Virus record (IMG/VR): IMGVR_UViG_3300036803_000075
Coordinates: 43,725 to 107,724 of that record
Source: a virus
Taxonomy: Duplodnaviria > Caudoviricetes
Length of the DNA: 64,000 nt
Direction: 5' to 3' (one strand)
Part shown: piece after piece, positions 62,137 to 64,000 of the stretch
Layout of the letters: the number at the start of each line of letters is the position of its first letter
How positions within the stretch are numbered: position 1 is the stretch's first letter
Made by a program: the position numbers and the translations under genes
The notes under the pieces: model-generated
What the model saw: the letters and a program-made list of their open reading frames with translations, nothing else
The model's database searches: none
Told to the model about the DNA's origin: nothing

Positions 62137-62760
62137 CTAGCACAAAAGGTCGTTCACGATGGGCAGCGTGCAGACCACACCGACAATCCCTCCAGGCCCA
62201 TGCGGCGGCTGCACAGGTGGGGGTTCTACGGGTGGAGGCTGAACCGGTGGAGGCTTGGTCGGCGGTGGCGTAGTCGATCCGCCGCCGCCGCTACCCCCGC
62301 TGTGCCCGCCGGAACTTCCCCCAGAACCTCCGGACGAGTGTGAACCACCCGAGCTACTGCTGCCACTGGAGCCTGACGTACCCCCAGACGTACTAGGGGA
62401 CGAATTGGTTGTGCCAGCTACGGGGGTGATGCCAGCGTTCTGCAGCTGCTGCTGGAGGGCCCGAATGAGCTGCTCTTGCTGAGCCAACTGGGCCTGGAGT
62501 TGAGTCAACTGCTGGCCGTTCGCCCGAGATTGCGCCGCAGCAGCTGCTGCCTGACTCTGATACGCGGAGATGGTGGCGTCTCGACGCTCAACAGTGCGCA
62601 CGGTGTCCCGCCGCGCCCGGATATTGTCGATGACGAAGATCAAGACCGTAAAAGAAATGACCAGAGCCAGCAGGATGGACAGTGTCTTGCGGTCAAAGAC
62701 GTACTTCACACCTTTGATCACGTACTGCCCGACCTGCCGGCCGGCCGTCCGCAACATCAT
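62137..62760 (-). CDS. Membrane protein with coiled coil and Gly/Ser/Pro-rich tail
   Basis: TM helix, Q-rich coil and PPPV repeats; ATGA overlap. Confidence 0.6.
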   Translation of the reverse strand: MMLRTAGRQVGQYVIKGVKYVFDRKTLSILLALVISFTVLIFVIDNIRARRDTVRTVERRDATISAYQSQAAAAAAQSRANGQQLTQLQAQLAQQEQLIRALQQQLQNAGITPVAGTTNSSPSTSGGTSGSSGSSSSGGSHSSGGSGGSSGGHSGGSGGGGSTTPPPTKPPPVQPPPVEPPPVQPPHGPGGIVGVVCTLPIVNDLLC

Positions 62761-63038
62761 CCACCGCTGGTGAGCTTGCTCGCGGCAATCACCAGCCCAA
62801 GTACGGCGGCGATGATGATGCCGCCGACCGTTCTGACGATCCATTCTGACCGGTTCTCCAGCTTCGACAGTCGAATATCAAGCTGGCCACGCTCGGTCTC
62901 GGACAGTTGCTTGGTGGCTTCGAAGAGGTCGATGCGCACATAGCCGGACTCGATCCGAGCGGCCAGCTTCTCAAGCCGCTCGGCGATCTCATCCAGACGA
63001 CGCGTTACGTCATGGAGTGAGGGGCCGCTGATGGTCAT
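62757..63038 (-). CDS. Coiled-coil plus C-terminal TM protein (XhlA/holin-like)
   Basis: RLSKLE..WIVRTVGGIIIAAVLGLVI; GGAGG RBS. Confidence 0.55.
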   Translation of the reverse strand: MTISGPSLHDVTRRLDEIAERLEKLAARIESGYVRIDLFEATKQLSETERGQLDIRLSKLENRSEWIVRTVGGIIIAAVLGLVIAASKLTSGG

Positions 63039-63087
63039 CCCCTCCTACCTCCTGCCGTCGTACCGGTTGCGATCAGCCCGACTCCGC

Positions 63088-63279
63088 TCACTTGCCCAGT
63101 AAGGGTGACACGCCAAACAGCAGCAGGTCGATAATCACGAGCAAGACCGCGATGCTCAACAGCATCCCCACGCGCCAGGTCCGAACATTCCCGGCAGCCA
63201 CGTGGCCACTACCCAGCACCAGGTCAAGAATGACCAGAATGCCCGCCACGATGAGCAAGATCAGACTGATGGTTCCCAC
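63088..63279 (-). CDS. Two-TM small membrane protein (holin-like)
   Basis: Two hydrophobic helices; preceded by the late promoter motif. Confidence 0.55.
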   Translation of the reverse strand: MGTISLILLIVAGILVILDLVLGSGHVAAGNVRTWRVGMLLSIAVLLVIIDLLLFGVSPLLGK

Positions 63280-63328
63280 GGTGTACCCCCTCGGGAGAGG
63301 TTGAGAAAACGATCGCTGATGACCGCCC

Positions 63329-63365
63329 TCCTACCTCTTCCGCGCGCTCAGCTGAGTGCCGACAG
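63329..63365 (-). promoter_or_regulatory. Putative late promoter copy (CTGTCG-N19-GAAGAGGTAGGA)
   Basis: Bipartite motif. Confidence 0.55.
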
Positions 63366-63375
63366 GTGGCCCGTA

Positions 63376-63891
63376 CTACCCCAGCTTAAGGGCGATGATC
63401 TTGAGAGCCTTGGCTACTTCATCGTTGGAAAGGTCGCCGCCGTCGAGGATTTTCTCCCGCAGCGGGCTCCACTCGGCCATTACGTCATCCACCGCGTGGT
63501 GCTCATTGGCGGTGTGATTGGAGATGACCGTACGGACCATGTCCTCGTCCATTTTGGGACTGAGGTAGAGCACGCCCTGATTGGTAGTGCTGCACACCAC
63601 CACCGCACCCGGCTGGTCACTGGGATTGGATACCGCGATAGAGGCCTGGATGTCCTTGGCGTCTGTGCCAGACGCCGTCGCGATCTCCTGAATCAGCTGA
63701 GCGATCTGAATGGGCCGCTTGATCTGGTTAATCCGGGTGGTCTGACCGTCGAAGGGATCGACGAACTGAACGCCCTCGGTGACCTCAAGAGCAGGCGGCG
63801 CCTCGTTAACGTCATCCTTGGTTTTACCCTCGGTCTTGGGAGTCACCTGGTCCGCAATCGGTACCGGCTGTACGTCCGTCACGCCATCCAC
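63376..63891 (-). CDS. Hypothetical protein
   Basis: 171-aa ORF with coding-like composition. Confidence 0.55.
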   Translation of the reverse strand: MDGVTDVQPVPIADQVTPKTEGKTKDDVNEAPPALEVTEGVQFVDPFDGQTTRINQIKRPIQIAQLIQEIATASGTDAKDIQASIAVSNPSDQPGAVVVCSTTNQGVLYLSPKMDEDMVRTVISNHTANEHHAVDDVMAEWSPLREKILDGGDLSNDEVAKALKIIALKLG

Positions 63892-64000
63892 CCTTCTTCG
63901 TCCAGGTTGTGCTCATCATCTTTTATGTGCTCGTAGTGAGTTCCCTGGATCTGCAGGAGGTCCAGATTACCGGCCCGCGAGCCGGCGCCCTCATTGATCA

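Overview
This is a 64 kb slice of a large, GC-rich actinobacterial myophage or prophage-like genome, with an architecture reminiscent of the Bxz1/cluster C mycobacteriophages. A minus-strand virion module (about 8.6-44.1 kb and 53-59.6 kb) encodes capsid, head maturation, neck, sheath, tube, frameshifted chaperones, tape measure, baseplate and fibre proteins. It is interrupted by accessory regions and two HNH genes. The standout feature is at 4383-7746. Here a small RAMP/Cas7-like gene (5085-5690) and a partner gene (5692-6246) are flanked by two non-coding arrays. The arrays hold 14 tracts of strictly 5-nt-periodic GGY-NN pentamers (fixed GGY, variable NN), most preceded by a small hairpin. 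The tracts are punctuated by one real tRNA-Ile(GAT) and 13 miniature tRNA-like elements of about 41 nt (acceptor stem plus T arm, no D or anticodon arm). A 15th, orphan tract lies at 49454-49513. This looks like a non-CRISPR, RNA-guided system whose guides are excised by tRNA-processing enzymes and read through a gapped dinucleotide code (inference). Other notable items: a GGQ release-factor-like gene whose only in-frame ATG is followed by UGA at codon 4; a bipartite late promoter (CTGYYC-N19-GAAGRGGTAG) seen 10 times; a GCCAGAGATC leader motif 18-20 nt before six start codons; and PhoD-like and GH26-like enzymes inside the virion module. All protein assignments come from motif recognition, not database searches.
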